The position numbers and the translations under genes were made by a program. From sequence record NC_111505.1: DNA of 64,000 nucleotides; one strand, 5' to 3'. The notes beneath the pieces are model-generated. The model was not told the DNA's origin. It searched no databases and saw only the letters and a list, made by a program, of their open reading frames with translations. This document shows, piece by piece, positions 55,763-64,000 of the stretch. This DNA is from a phage. Position 1 is the first letter of the stretch. The number at the start of each line of letters is the position of its first letter.

Positions 55763-55912
55763 TTTAGGTATGTTTAGTAGCTAACGGTAGCCAATTGAAT
55801 GAGTGTTTTCAATTGGCACCTGCATATGCCCTGATATTCGCACTGTGCAATATACCCATGCTGTACAGTGTTGTTGATCGGATATGCTATAAGTAGATTG
55901 GAGAGTAAAAAA

Positions 55913-56629
55913 ATGATTAATTTCTTCTTCAATGATAATTTTGCATTTTGGTACAAAGATGGGGAGCTAGTTTGGACAAAGAATCATTATAGAGGCCGAG
56001 GTAAAAATCAACTCTTCATAAAAGCTGGCACAAAAGCTGGTTGTAATGATGCACAAGGGTATGTTATAATCAACTCTCATAAAGGTGGTGATAAGAAGCG
56101 TCATAGAATTATTTACGACATGTTTTATAACTCTTTAACAAAAAACTTTCTTGTCAGGCATTTAAATGATATAAAAGGCCAGGATAATATAGAAAATCTT
56201 TCTATGGGCACCTACAGTGATAACAACAAGGACCGTATAAGAAATAATTTACTCCCGAAAAATAACCCGCACGGTAACTTAGGAGTTTATAAGAAATGTG
56301 GTTTATGGTATGCAGTATATAACACCCTCGAAGGAGATAGGTTTGCTGGGTACTTTAAGACCAAAGATGAGGCTGTAGAGGCAAGAAAACAGCTAGTTTC
56401 AGGTACTTATAAAGGCAAAATACTAAAACTTAATAACACATCTGGGTGTACAGGTGTTAAATGGAGACACGATACTGACAAGTGGCAAGTTCAGATTGCT
56501 GAAAACAGCAAAAGGTATCATTTGGGGCAATACACGGAGTGGTGGGATGCTGTATGCGTCAGAAAATCCGCAGAATATGCAAAACATGATGATTCGTTGG
56601 AAGAGTGGTTTAATCGGAGGTTTAAATGA
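55913..56629 (+). CDS. HNH-AP2 homing endonuclease
   Basis: HNH motif (VRHLNDIKGQDNIENL) followed by two AP2-like modules (GVYKKCGLWYAVY...; TGVKWRHDTDKWQVQIAE...); ATG 55913 with GGAGAG upstream. Confidence 0.7.
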   Translation: MINFFFNDNFAFWYKDGELVWTKNHYRGRGKNQLFIKAGTKAGCNDAQGYVIINSHKGGDKKRHRIIYDMFYNSLTKNFLVRHLNDIKGQDNIENLSMGTYSDNNKDRIRNNLLPKNNPHGNLGVYKKCGLWYAVYNTLEGDRFAGYFKTKDEAVEARKQLVSGTYKGKILKLNNTSGCTGVKWRHDTDKWQVQIAENSKRYHLGQYTEWWDAVCVRKSAEYAKHDDSLEEWFNRRFK

Positions 56630-57105
56630 AGCTAGATAAAAATGTACAATTGAGAGCATTTTTTTCGATGATTTCACACTCAGAAGGTACTGACAGGTAT
56701 GGTGGCGAAGATGCTTCGTACCACATCCTTGTTGGTGGAAAATACATAGAGGATCTCAGCAGGCATCCCGGTATTTATGTCAAATTAAGACCAGGCCTTA
56801 CCTCTTCAGCATTTGGCAGATACCAAATTCTGGAGAAATACGCTAAGCATTACATGAAGCAGCTTGGCTTAAGAGATTTTGGTCCGGCAAGTCAGGATGC
56901 CATAGCAAAACAGTTGATCCGCGAATGTAAAGCCCTTGATGACATTTATGAAGGAAGGATCCGTTCAGCTATCTATAAATGCCGTAGCCGTTGGGCAAGT
57001 TTCCCACCACCACCGGGGGCTGGTAAACTGTATGATCAGCGTGTAGAAAACATAGAGAAGATGCTGGACGTCTTCCGAAAAGCCGGAGGCACAGTACTGG
57101 ATTAA
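56626..57105 (+). CDS. endolysin, lambda R-like lytic transglycosylase
   Basis: Strong resemblance to lambda R as I recall it (...SEGTD...GRYQ...KQLGL.DF...SQD...GGTV...). Confidence 0.75.
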   Translation: MKLDKNVQLRAFFSMISHSEGTDRYGGEDASYHILVGGKYIEDLSRHPGIYVKLRPGLTSSAFGRYQILEKYAKHYMKQLGLRDFGPASQDAIAKQLIRECKALDDIYEGRIRSAIYKCRSRWASFPPPPGAGKLYDQRVENIEKMLDVFRKAGGTVLD

Positions 57106-57108
57106 TGG

Positions 57109-57137
57109 TTGACATAACCACACGGACGTGGTATTGT
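57109..57137 (+). promoter_or_regulatory. sigma70-like promoter
   Basis: TTGACA 57109-57114, 17-nt spacer, TATTGT 57132-57137, then GGGAGGG RBS and ATG 57169. Confidence 0.5.
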
Positions 57138-57168
57138 CACCTCATAAAATGTTTGGGAGGGTTTAACC

Positions 57169-57375
57169 ATGAAAGATTTTCTGTTGGCAATTTTGTTCAT
57201 GGCAGCATGCCTTGTCTGTGGTGTCGTGTTTGCAGGTGAGACAGCGTACCTTGTAGATGTATATCGGGACAATGGTAAACGTATTTGCCTTTATGAGACA
57301 AGCCAAGGTGAGCTATATGAGCTTGTGAAACAAGGTGAGGCAGGTTCCTGCCCTCGCACCCATTTCTTTGAATGA
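57169..57375 (+). CDS. small membrane/secreted protein (68 aa)
   Basis: N-terminal hydrophobic segment (LLAILFMAACLVCGVVFAG), Cys-containing soluble tail; lysis-related role is speculation. Confidence 0.35.
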   Translation: MKDFLLAILFMAACLVCGVVFAGETAYLVDVYRDNGKRICLYETSQGELYELVKQGEAGSCPRTHFFE

Positions 57376-57384
57376 GGAGGATAC

Positions 57385-57849
57385 GTGGAAGACGGACGTT
57401 TAATGAAGTCTGAACGCAGGCTTATTGTGCAACTGATCCCAGAAACAGCTTGGTATAATAACCTCCGAAACGCTGTGAAGAAGAGTGAGTGGGATAAGAT
57501 CCGTAAGAAGTGCTACAGAGAAGCCAACTACACTTGCGAGGTGTGTGGTGGCAAAGGTAGCAAACACCCTGTGGAGTGTCATGAACTTTACACCTTCGAA
57601 GAGGGGGTGATCCGGCTTGTCGGACTGATAGCCCTGTGCCCAGATTGTCACACATCGGTGCATCCTGGGTTAGCAAATATCCGTGGGAAATATGCTCAGG
57701 CAGTTAATCAGTTGGCTAAGGTAAATAAGATCACTAAGGGCATGGCTGAAGCTTATTACCGAGACTGCTTTGCAGAGTGGCTGGAGCTTAGTAAAGTTCC
57801 GGAATGGAAGACCGACTTTTCGTGGATAGAGGGTTACCTTGATGGCTAA
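57385..57849 (+). CDS. HNH-like zinc-binding nuclease domain protein (154 aa)
   Basis: CEVCGG ... HPVECHELY ... CPDCH pattern; GTG start 57385 after GAGGAGG. Confidence 0.45.
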   Translation: MEDGRLMKSERRLIVQLIPETAWYNNLRNAVKKSEWDKIRKKCYREANYTCEVCGGKGSKHPVECHELYTFEEGVIRLVGLIALCPDCHTSVHPGLANIRGKYAQAVNQLAKVNKITKGMAEAYYRDCFAEWLELSKVPEWKTDFSWIEGYLDG

Positions 57850-58132
57850 GAAACCTGTAAAAGAAAAATTTGATAAGACAGCTTTTGTATTCGATACACC
57901 TCTGGACGACATTATTAGAGGTATGCAATCATTGTACCGGAAGGCTGAATCTGATCAGTTGTCTGAATCAGAACTTTACTGGCTTGGTTGGTGGGAGCTA
58001 AACCTTCCTAAAGCTGAAAGTTCTTGTCTGAGAACTGTTAAAACGTGCGCCCAAGAAAACGCTGCACTTGGAATCTACCACAAAAGGAAAAGATCAACAA
58101 AAAGCTCTCCAAGGAAGACTAAAAAGTCTTGA
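57839..58132 (+). CDS. hypothetical protein (97 aa), basic C-terminus
   Basis: ORF track. Confidence 0.3.
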   Translation: MMAKKPVKEKFDKTAFVFDTPLDDIIRGMQSLYRKAESDQLSESELYWLGWWELNLPKAESSCLRTVKTCAQENAALGIYHKRKRSTKSSPRKTKKS

Positions 58133-58158
58133 CAAAAGTGTTATTAATCTGATATTAT
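58129..58158 (+). promoter_or_regulatory. sigma70-like promoter
   Basis: TTGACA 58129-58134, 17-18 nt spacer, TATTAT 58153-58158; RBS AGGAGAA and ATG 58192 downstream. Confidence 0.55.
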
Positions 58159-58191
58159 CAGTCAGATATTTATAAACCAGGAGAACTAGAT

Positions 58192-58500
58192 ATGCTTAAA
58201 ATTTTTATTGTTGAAGATAAAGATATTGTCCAGTTGTATGCAAACGAGAATCATAAAGGTATGATCCTGAAGAAGGCAAGCAACCTTCATGAAAACACCA
58301 TTCAACCTGGCGATGTAATTAAGATCTGTGGCTATCTGATACCAGACTCCTTGATGAAAATAACCCACCACTGGGGGTCTAATCCGTTCCTTTTTGAAAA
58401 ATATTGGGATGTTGAGTCGCTTATTGCAGAGAGTGATGATGCATTCCATTACAGCATCCAACCATCTTGCAGAGTAACTAACAGGAGGGTCTTTGAGTAG
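58192..58500 (+). CDS. hypothetical protein (102 aa)
   Basis: ORF track; first gene after promoter. Confidence 0.3.
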   Translation: MLKIFIVEDKDIVQLYANENHKGMILKKASNLHENTIQPGDVIKICGYLIPDSLMKITHHWGSNPFLFEKYWDVESLIAESDDAFHYSIQPSCRVTNRRVFE

Positions 58501-59632
58501 AGAATATCCACTTATTGAGTCCATAGATTGTCTAGCTGATCTTCTTGAACCTGACGCTATAGTTTATTATGACTTCGATCAGGTTGCATATCAAGCTGCA
58601 GCAAGTTGCGAAAAAAGGACAATTGAGGTAACACACAAAGCCTCCGGACGTAAGAAGATGTTTAAAACACGAACAGAGTTCTGGGGGCGGCAGAAGAACA
58701 CAGTTGGTGGTTGGTTAAAAGCTGAGAATACCAACCGTGAAGCTGCATGTAAAAAGGCTGGCAAGGAGTTTATTCCGTGGACACGAGAAGATTTCGATGT
58801 CTTGGATATCCAAACCCCTGATCCTGTAGAGAACTGCTTGCACACAATTAAGTGTAAAGCTAATGCAGTCCTTAATTATCTCGGTATTCCGGAAGATCGG
58901 TGCGTGGGGGTACTTGGAGGCACAGGTAATTTCAGACTAGATCTTCCCATGCCGGAAAGATATAAAGCCAACCGTAACAATACTCTTCGACCACTGCTGC
59001 TTGGAGATGCAAGACAGTATCTCCAAAAGCAGTATAATGCTCAAGTGATCAACGGTATCGAGGCTGACGACTGGTTAGCTATCCAGCAATTTGAAGGTTG
59101 GAACCACTACCAAAAAACAGGTAAGTTCAACAAGTTTATTATCTCTATTGATAAGGACCAAAGAACACTACCGGGGCTTGTGTTCGATCCCATGCGAAAC
59201 GATAAGGGAGATTTTGTAAGGGAAACCCCTATGCTGATCGATAACGGTATGGGGAACATCTTCATGAAGCCTAATGGAGAGGTTGGTGGTTACGGGATGC
59301 TGTTCTTCGGATACCAAATGCTGTGTGGTGACTCTGCTGACAATATCAAGCCGTATCAAGGACTTATCGGTAAGGGTAAGTTCGGGGATGCCTCAGCATT
59401 CTACCTACTGTCTCAGTGCAGCACTCCAAAGGAGATGTGGGTGGCTATTATTGATCAGTACAAGAAGTGGTTCCCGAAAGGTGTTGTTAAGTATACTGAC
59501 TTCAATGGTATTGATCGCAGAATTTCCGTAGGTCAATGGATGAGTATAATTTTTGACTGTTTGTATATGAAGCGAACATTCAATGATCAAACAAAACTTG
59601 TTAACGTTCTTAGAAATGTTGGAGCAATTTGA
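58493..59632 (+). CDS. putative 5'-3' exonuclease / flap endonuclease-like protein (379 aa)
   Basis: Segments IISIDKDQRTLPGLVF and CGDSADNIKPYQGLIGKGKFG resemble FEN-family motifs; TTG start after AGGAGGG. Confidence 0.45.
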   Translation: MSREYPLIESIDCLADLLEPDAIVYYDFDQVAYQAAASCEKRTIEVTHKASGRKKMFKTRTEFWGRQKNTVGGWLKAENTNREAACKKAGKEFIPWTREDFDVLDIQTPDPVENCLHTIKCKANAVLNYLGIPEDRCVGVLGGTGNFRLDLPMPERYKANRNNTLRPLLLGDARQYLQKQYNAQVINGIEADDWLAIQQFEGWNHYQKTGKFNKFIISIDKDQRTLPGLVFDPMRNDKGDFVRETPMLIDNGMGNIFMKPNGEVGGYGMLFFGYQMLCGDSADNIKPYQGLIGKGKFGDASAFYLLSQCSTPKEMWVAIIDQYKKWFPKGVVKYTDFNGIDRRISVGQWMSIIFDCLYMKRTFNDQTKLVNVLRNVGAI

Positions 59633-59964
59633 TGACTAAAAATGCTGTAGATAACGCAATTATGGAAGCTGTTTTTGAGGATGATCATACAACAGGGACA
59701 CTTAAAACAAAAAACACATTCGTTGTTGCCACAGGTATGTGGCGGTTGTATGAAGATGACACCATTTCATACATCCTGTACACTGATGATTACGCAGATG
59801 ACCGTGTATGGTCTGCTGTTTTAAAAGAGGATTGTGAGCTGATTGAGGGCGAGCGGTTATGCATGTTCACCAGTGTGGAAACAGATGTTAAGCTTTGCTC
59901 TCTCGTCTTGTTCAAAGATAAGGCTTATGCTCCTGATGAAGGAGAGGAGGATGAGGAAGCATGA
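59632..59964 (+). CDS. hypothetical acidic protein (110 aa)
   Basis: ORF track; ATG 59632 after GGAG. Confidence 0.3.
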   Translation: MTKNAVDNAIMEAVFEDDHTTGTLKTKNTFVVATGMWRLYEDDTISYILYTDDYADDRVWSAVLKEDCELIEGERLCMFTSVETDVKLCSLVLFKDKAYAPDEGEEDEEA

Positions 59965-60590
59965 GAGAGCGTCTATTATCCATAGACCAGTCGTTGACAC
60001 ACACAGCTTGCGTTGTATGGGACGATGGAAAGCCTGTTCATAAGGTTGTGTTACGAACTCAAAGCTCATCTGCAAAAGAGAAGAAACCAGGGACGGTTTC
60101 TTTTGCAACAGCTGCTGAGCGTATTGACTGGATCTGCAAACAGGTTAGATATTATATCCACACGCACGGCGTTGACACCGTGGTAATGGAAGGGCTCTCC
60201 TTCGGATCGCGAGGGGATGCTACACGTGAACTGGCTGGGTTGTTTTACGGTCTTGAAGTTATGTTATGGGATGCTTTAGCGGATTGTGAAAATGACGGCC
60301 TGTTTAAGGTCCACACAGTGACACCTACAACTGCCAAAAAGTTTGCTCGTAGTCATCTACCTGAAGAACTTGCTTTTGAGGAGAAGAAAAAGCTTGACAA
60401 AAAGACAGGTAAAGAGCATACTGTGAAGAAACCTGTTACGATGGATAAAAAGTTGATGGTCAAGGCCTGCGAAGTATCTGAACCGGGGTTCCTAGATGGG
60501 ATCAATTTAGTACAAGGTAAGGCCGATCTCGCAGATGCTTATTGGATAGGCAGGGCGCATCTGGAGGGATTATCGCAAAGCGTAAAATAA
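59961..60590 (+). CDS. RuvC-like Holliday junction resolvase
   Basis: Catalytic-residue pattern: SIDQSLTHTACVVWDD (Asp), VVMEGLSFGSRGD (Glu), DLADAYWIGRAH (Asp). Confidence 0.6.
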   Translation: MRERLLSIDQSLTHTACVVWDDGKPVHKVVLRTQSSSAKEKKPGTVSFATAAERIDWICKQVRYYIHTHGVDTVVMEGLSFGSRGDATRELAGLFYGLEVMLWDALADCENDGLFKVHTVTPTTAKKFARSHLPEELAFEEKKKLDKKTGKEHTVKKPVTMDKKLMVKACEVSEPGFLDGINLVQGKADLADAYWIGRAHLEGLSQSVK

Positions 60591-61117
60591 GAAAGAAAGC
60601 TGTCAAAGCCCCCGTTCATAACGGGTGGCTAAAAGATTCTAAGGATATAGCCAACTTTCGGAAAGAATTGTCAGAAGAGCAGGATGGTCTTGATCCGATC
60701 TTGTGCGAACCACTTCGTAAGCCTTGTTTAGATCATGATCATCTGACTGGTCGTTGCAGGGGTGTTTTGTCCCAATGCACTAATACCTTTGAGGGGTATG
60801 TGCTTAAATACTGGATGAAATACTGTAACGAGTATACAGATTGCAGTTTATCAGAGGCGTTGCGCCGGATGGCTGACTATCTGGAGAAAGACTACAGCGA
60901 CTTCCCGCTCCACAAAAACTACAGGGACGATATGACAAAGTTCTTGAGGAGATGCTCTAAAGCTACGATTATTGCACGGGCAGAATCGGATCTCGATCTT
61001 GTCATTAATTCAGAGTACACCAAGCATGAGGCTATTGAGGCCTACATGCAGGAGTTTATAAAGAAAACTGAGGAGAGAGATTTCTATGGAGACGAAAAAG
61101 GTATTCAATCCTTGTGA
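60542..61117 (+). CDS. endonuclease VII-like (T4 gp49 family) protein; start uncertain
   Basis: CLDHDHLTGRCRGVLSQCTN zinc/His motif; ORF-track start is TTG overlapping RuvC-like gene by 49 nt. Confidence 0.55.
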   Translation: MDRQGASGGIIAKRKIRKKAVKAPVHNGWLKDSKDIANFRKELSEEQDGLDPILCEPLRKPCLDHDHLTGRCRGVLSQCTNTFEGYVLKYWMKYCNEYTDCSLSEALRRMADYLEKDYSDFPLHKNYRDDMTKFLRRCSKATIIARAESDLDLVINSEYTKHEAIEAYMQEFIKKTEERDFYGDEKGIQSL

Positions 61118-61307
61118 TTCAGTTCTGATCAGGATGAAATACCGTAACTGGAAAGGTGTTGTTGCAGATCGCTGCGTTACTGAGCCTAGTTTATGGTTTG
61201 GATCTACAGAGTATCATAAAGAAGAGCAGTGGTTGATGCATGCATTTGATGTAGACAAGGGCGAATATCGTGACTTCGCTTTAAAAGACATTCTTCAGTT
61301 TTACTAA
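61086..61307 (+). CDS. hypothetical protein (73 aa)
   Basis: ORF track; ATG after GAGGAGAGAG. Confidence 0.3.
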   Translation: METKKVFNPCDSVLIRMKYRNWKGVVADRCVTEPSLWFGSTEYHKEEQWLMHAFDVDKGEYRDFALKDILQFY

Positions 61308-61319
61308 GGAATCTTAACG

Positions 61320-62303
61320 ATGATGACAAAGTTAACTCTTGAGCAAATTTTAACACTGAAGCAACAGGGATACACTAATAGACAAATTGCTCGTGAATTT
61401 TTAGGTCGTGAGTCACGTGAGAGCTGGATCCGGCTACAGCTTAAACGTGCACAAGAGAATATGTCAGAGATTGTAGGAGAGGCAACGGAGCGCTTCCTTG
61501 AAGAACACAAAGGTGCCAAAGTTTGGGTGTATGATACAGAGACATCTCCAACAAACGGCTGGTTCTTTGGGCATTATAAGACCAACATTCAAACCTGCGG
61601 TATTGAAATTATGCCATATATGCTAACTTTCGCAGGTAAATGGTTAGACAGTCCTAGCGTGGTTGACTGTGCTCTTCCTGATTACAAAATGTGGGACGAG
61701 GATATCCACAACGATCTTGAACTGATTCAAGATTTGTGGTATTATCTGGATAAATGCGATGTCGCAGTAGCGCACAACTCTGGTTTTGACTGTGGGTGGG
61801 CCAACCAACGATTTGCATTTCACGGTTTGCCGCCAACAAGCCCATACAAAGAGGTTGACACCCTCAAGATGATTAAAAAGGCATTCCGTTTGAATGCAAA
61901 CACGTTAGAGTATGCATGTAAATACTTCCAACTGGCCCGACAGAAACTAATTGACCACACATTTGAAATGTGGATCAAGTGTGTTCATGGTGATCTTGAG
62001 GCGTTTAAACAGATGCGGGAGTATAATGTTGGGGACATCTTGTCTCTGGAAGGTCTGTATTTGCTGGCGCGTCCGTTTGCTAAGCAGCACCCCAACATGT
62101 CGTTGTACTACCAAGATGAGGAGTCAAAAGTTCGTTGCCCACGTTGTGGTGGAGAACACCTTCACGAGGAAGAGGCTTTGGCGTATACTCAACTGAGTGC
62201 ATTTAAAACCTACCGCTGCGAAGGTTGTGGATCTGTTGTTCGTGATCGTAACAACATCCGTACCCGAGAAGAGATGAAAAACACCCTGATTCAGATAATC
62301 TGA
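61320..62303 (+). CDS. DnaQ-like (DEDDh) 3'-5' exonuclease with N-terminal HTH and C-terminal Zn-ribbon
   Basis: Exo I VWVYDTETS, Exo II VAHNSGFDCGW, Exo III YNVGDILSLEGLY; N-terminal GYTNRQIAREF; C-terminal CPRCGG...CEGCG. Confidence 0.6.
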   Translation: MMTKLTLEQILTLKQQGYTNRQIAREFLGRESRESWIRLQLKRAQENMSEIVGEATERFLEEHKGAKVWVYDTETSPTNGWFFGHYKTNIQTCGIEIMPYMLTFAGKWLDSPSVVDCALPDYKMWDEDIHNDLELIQDLWYYLDKCDVAVAHNSGFDCGWANQRFAFHGLPPTSPYKEVDTLKMIKKAFRLNANTLEYACKYFQLARQKLIDHTFEMWIKCVHGDLEAFKQMREYNVGDILSLEGLYLLARPFAKQHPNMSLYYQDEESKVRCPRCGGEHLHEEEALAYTQLSAFKTYRCEGCGSVVRDRNNIRTREEMKNTLIQII

Positions 62304-62310
62304 CAAGTAG

Positions 62311-62340
62311 AGGGAGGCTTGCGCCTCCCTTTTCATTTTG
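62311..62340 (+). terminator. rho-independent terminator
   Basis: Hairpin GGGAGGC-TTGC-GCCTCCC (62312-62329) followed by TTTTCATTTT. Confidence 0.6.
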
Positions 62341-62348
62341 GAGGCACT

Positions 62349-63155
62349 TTGAGCAAGAAAGAGTCCAACGACAAATATTACACAGACCCTGAGTATGCAG
62401 AATATCTTGTTGGTAAAGTAAAAGGTAGGTATGGGAATTGTGCATACGTTGAGCCTTCTGCTGGAAAGGGTTCTTTTTCAAAACTATTTTCAGAGATACT
62501 GTCGTACGATTTGGTACCAGATCCTGGATTTGAAGGCCCAACACCGTGTATTAAGGCAAACTTCTTAGAGGTGTACCCTAAGGCTGATGTCTTCATAGGC
62601 AATCCTCCATTCGGCAAAAATTCGTCTTTAGCTTGCAAGTTCTTTAACCACTGTGCATCATTGCTAGAGCCTGGTGGGGCTATAGCCTTCATCTTGCCAC
62701 GGACATTTGAAAAAATATTTTTTGCAAACAGGCTTGACATGTCGATGCACCTTATTTACAGCGAAAGGTGCCCCAAGAACTCGTTTTTACTTAACGGCAA
62801 ACCTTATGACGTGCCATGTGTTTTCCAAATTTGGGAGAAAAAGGTGTGCAATAGGGATCCTGTAGAGATTGGAGAGAATAAGTTATTTTCTTTTAGCACC
62901 CCAGATGACTACGACTTCTGCATAAGACGTGTTGGGTATAATGCTGGAAAAGTATTGGGAGAGGATGACCCAAAATCTGAAGAATCAACATATTTCATAA
63001 AATCTTTAGTTGAGGGTGTTGACAGAGTGTTTGCTGAATGCTATTCTTCTTTTCAAGAAGAAGCAGGTAAGACTGCTGGAATGAAGAGTATAGGCAAGAA
63101 AGAACTACAATACATTTTGGAGACCAGGTATGATCAAAAGTATAGACTTGACTAA
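62349..63155 (+). CDS. N6-adenine DNA methyltransferase (probable TTG start)
   Basis: SAM motif VEPSAGKGSF and catalytic FIGNPPFG; the ORF-track 5' extension would translate the terminator hairpin, so start placed at TTG 62349 after GGAGG. Confidence 0.65.
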   Translation: MSKKESNDKYYTDPEYAEYLVGKVKGRYGNCAYVEPSAGKGSFSKLFSEILSYDLVPDPGFEGPTPCIKANFLEVYPKADVFIGNPPFGKNSSLACKFFNHCASLLEPGGAIAFILPRTFEKIFFANRLDMSMHLIYSERCPKNSFLLNGKPYDVPCVFQIWEKKVCNRDPVEIGENKLFSFSTPDDYDFCIRRVGYNAGKVLGEDDPKSEESTYFIKSLVEGVDRVFAECYSSFQEEAGKTAGMKSIGKKELQYILETRYDQKYRLD

Positions 63156-63588
63156 AGAGCTTACTGATGCAAAGGCTTTTGGTGAAACAGCCGTGCAAAG
63201 GGGACAGGCTATGGGGCTGGCACTACCTTTTGTCTTAAAAGAGCATTTTACAGATTTTCAGCTTATCCGTGGTGAAAAGGGTATGCTTATTCTGGAACAT
63301 AAGTTGAGTAAGAAACGTTATAAAGTTGTTTTTAATTCTAAAGCCCCAACAAAACTTGGATTCAGAACTTACAATCTCAACCCTTCTTATACTAAGGGTG
63401 TTGGAAGAGTGGAACAGCAGCATTTCAGTGCTAGAGCTTCTTTAGCACCTTTGATGGTAAATTTCTCAGGTGTGGCTTTAGGATACCTGGATAAGAAAAG
63501 AGTTCTTCATGTTCGTTTTACAGACTTTGTAACGCTTTTAGCTAACAACGAAGTAGATGAAAAGGGACGTGTAAAAACAAACTTCTAA
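63130..63588 (+). CDS. hypothetical protein (152 aa)
   Basis: ORF track. Confidence 0.3.
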   Translation: MIKSIDLTKELTDAKAFGETAVQRGQAMGLALPFVLKEHFTDFQLIRGEKGMLILEHKLSKKRYKVVFNSKAPTKLGFRTYNLNPSYTKGVGRVEQQHFSARASLAPLMVNFSGVALGYLDKKRVLHVRFTDFVTLLANNEVDEKGRVKTNF

Positions 63589-63603
63589 TAACGCACAGTA
63601 TGA

Positions 63604-63807
63604 TTGGAGACCGCAATGACACCAGAGTTAACAATCCCAGACAGCTTTTCAGAAAGCTTTATTCCAGAAATGATGGGAAAGATGCGATCACTGCTTGATC
63701 AGATTGAGGAGGCTGTTTGGGAAGACGATGCTGTAGTGGCTAACGAGCTGGTAGATAAGTGTAAAAGTATTATTGATGCAGTCGAAGAATATCACGGAGG
63801 TTTTTAA
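63604..63807 (+). CDS. hypothetical small acidic protein (67 aa)
   Basis: ORF track. Confidence 0.25.
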   Translation: METAMTPELTIPDSFSESFIPEMMGKMRSLLDQIEEAVWEDDAVVANELVDKCKSIIDAVEEYHGGF

Positions 63808-64000
63808 TGGATATTATTGTTCTTAATGCTCCACCAAGTTCTGGAAAAGACCATATCGCAGATCTTTTGTTGGAAGCCATTCCAAACTCGCATCACCGCG
63901 AGGTAAAGGAAATGCTATTCAGTGTGGCAATTAAGGCAGCTGGTATTTCACCACAGTTGTGGAATGCACTCTATGATCGCCGCTACAAAGAAGAACCGTG
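63807..64000 (+). CDS. dNMP kinase-like P-loop protein, N-terminal fragment (window end)
   Basis: MDIIVLNAPPSSGKDHIADLL resembles the N-terminus of phage deoxynucleoside monophosphate kinases; ACGGAGG RBS. Confidence 0.5.
   Translation, partial: MDIIVLNAPPSSGKDHIADLLLEAIPNSHHREVKEMLFSVAIKAAGISPQLWNALYDRRYKEEP

Noticed and set aside
60542-60590. RuvC-like and Endo VII-like ORFs fused by programmed -1 frameshift
   Set aside because: The frames differ by -1 and overlap, but no X XXY YYZ slippery heptamer is present in the overlap, so separate expression is more likely.
1-64000. Prophage or lysogeny module (integrase, CI-like repressor, attachment site)
   Set aside because: No tyrosine/serine recombinase motifs or repressor/Cro pair were recognised; content (tRNAs, homing endonucleases, ligases, dNMP kinase) fits a virulent phage, though the window is only part of the genome.

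Overview
This window reads as part of a large, probably virulent, tailed-phage genome; every call below rests on motif reading of the supplied six-frame translations and on my own reading of the DNA, with no database search. From 1 to about 45.9 kb a leftward (minus-strand) late/structural module runs, in transcription order: a terminase large-subunit gene split by an HNH endonuclease insertion, portal, prohead protease, scaffold, capsid accessory protein, major capsid protein, neck proteins, putative sheath and tube, a tail-chaperone pair with a -1 frameshift site, tape-measure protein, baseplate proteins, and at least seven tail fiber/tailspike genes (one frameshifted at an A7 tract and running off the window start). 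A spanin pair sits beside the terminase. From 45.9 to 47.1 kb a minus-strand tRNA cluster (Met, Thr, Ser, Tyr, Arg, one atypical tRNA-like element) includes a tRNA-like gene split by a second HNH endonuclease ORF. From 47.2 to 49.9 kb are small minus-strand genes, two GC-rich non-coding islands and a four-copy palindromic repeat array. From 50 kb on, the organisation is mostly rightward: a divergent RNA-repair-like trio (polynucleotide kinase, metallophosphoesterase, RNA-ligase-like), a Sir2-family protein, a MazG-like protein, ATP-dependent DNA ligase, an HNH-AP2 homing endonuclease, a lambda-R-like endolysin, nucleases (5'-3' exonuclease-like, RuvC-like, Endo VII-like, DnaQ-like), an N6-adenine methyltransferase and the start of a dNMP kinase. 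No integrase or repressor module was recognised. Gene starts are approximate because the ORF track uses ATG, GTG and TTG starts. The most unusual observations are the two HNH-interrupted genes, the split kinase/phosphoesterase/ligase set with a shared 17-nt start motif, and the GC-rich non-coding islands next to the repeat array.
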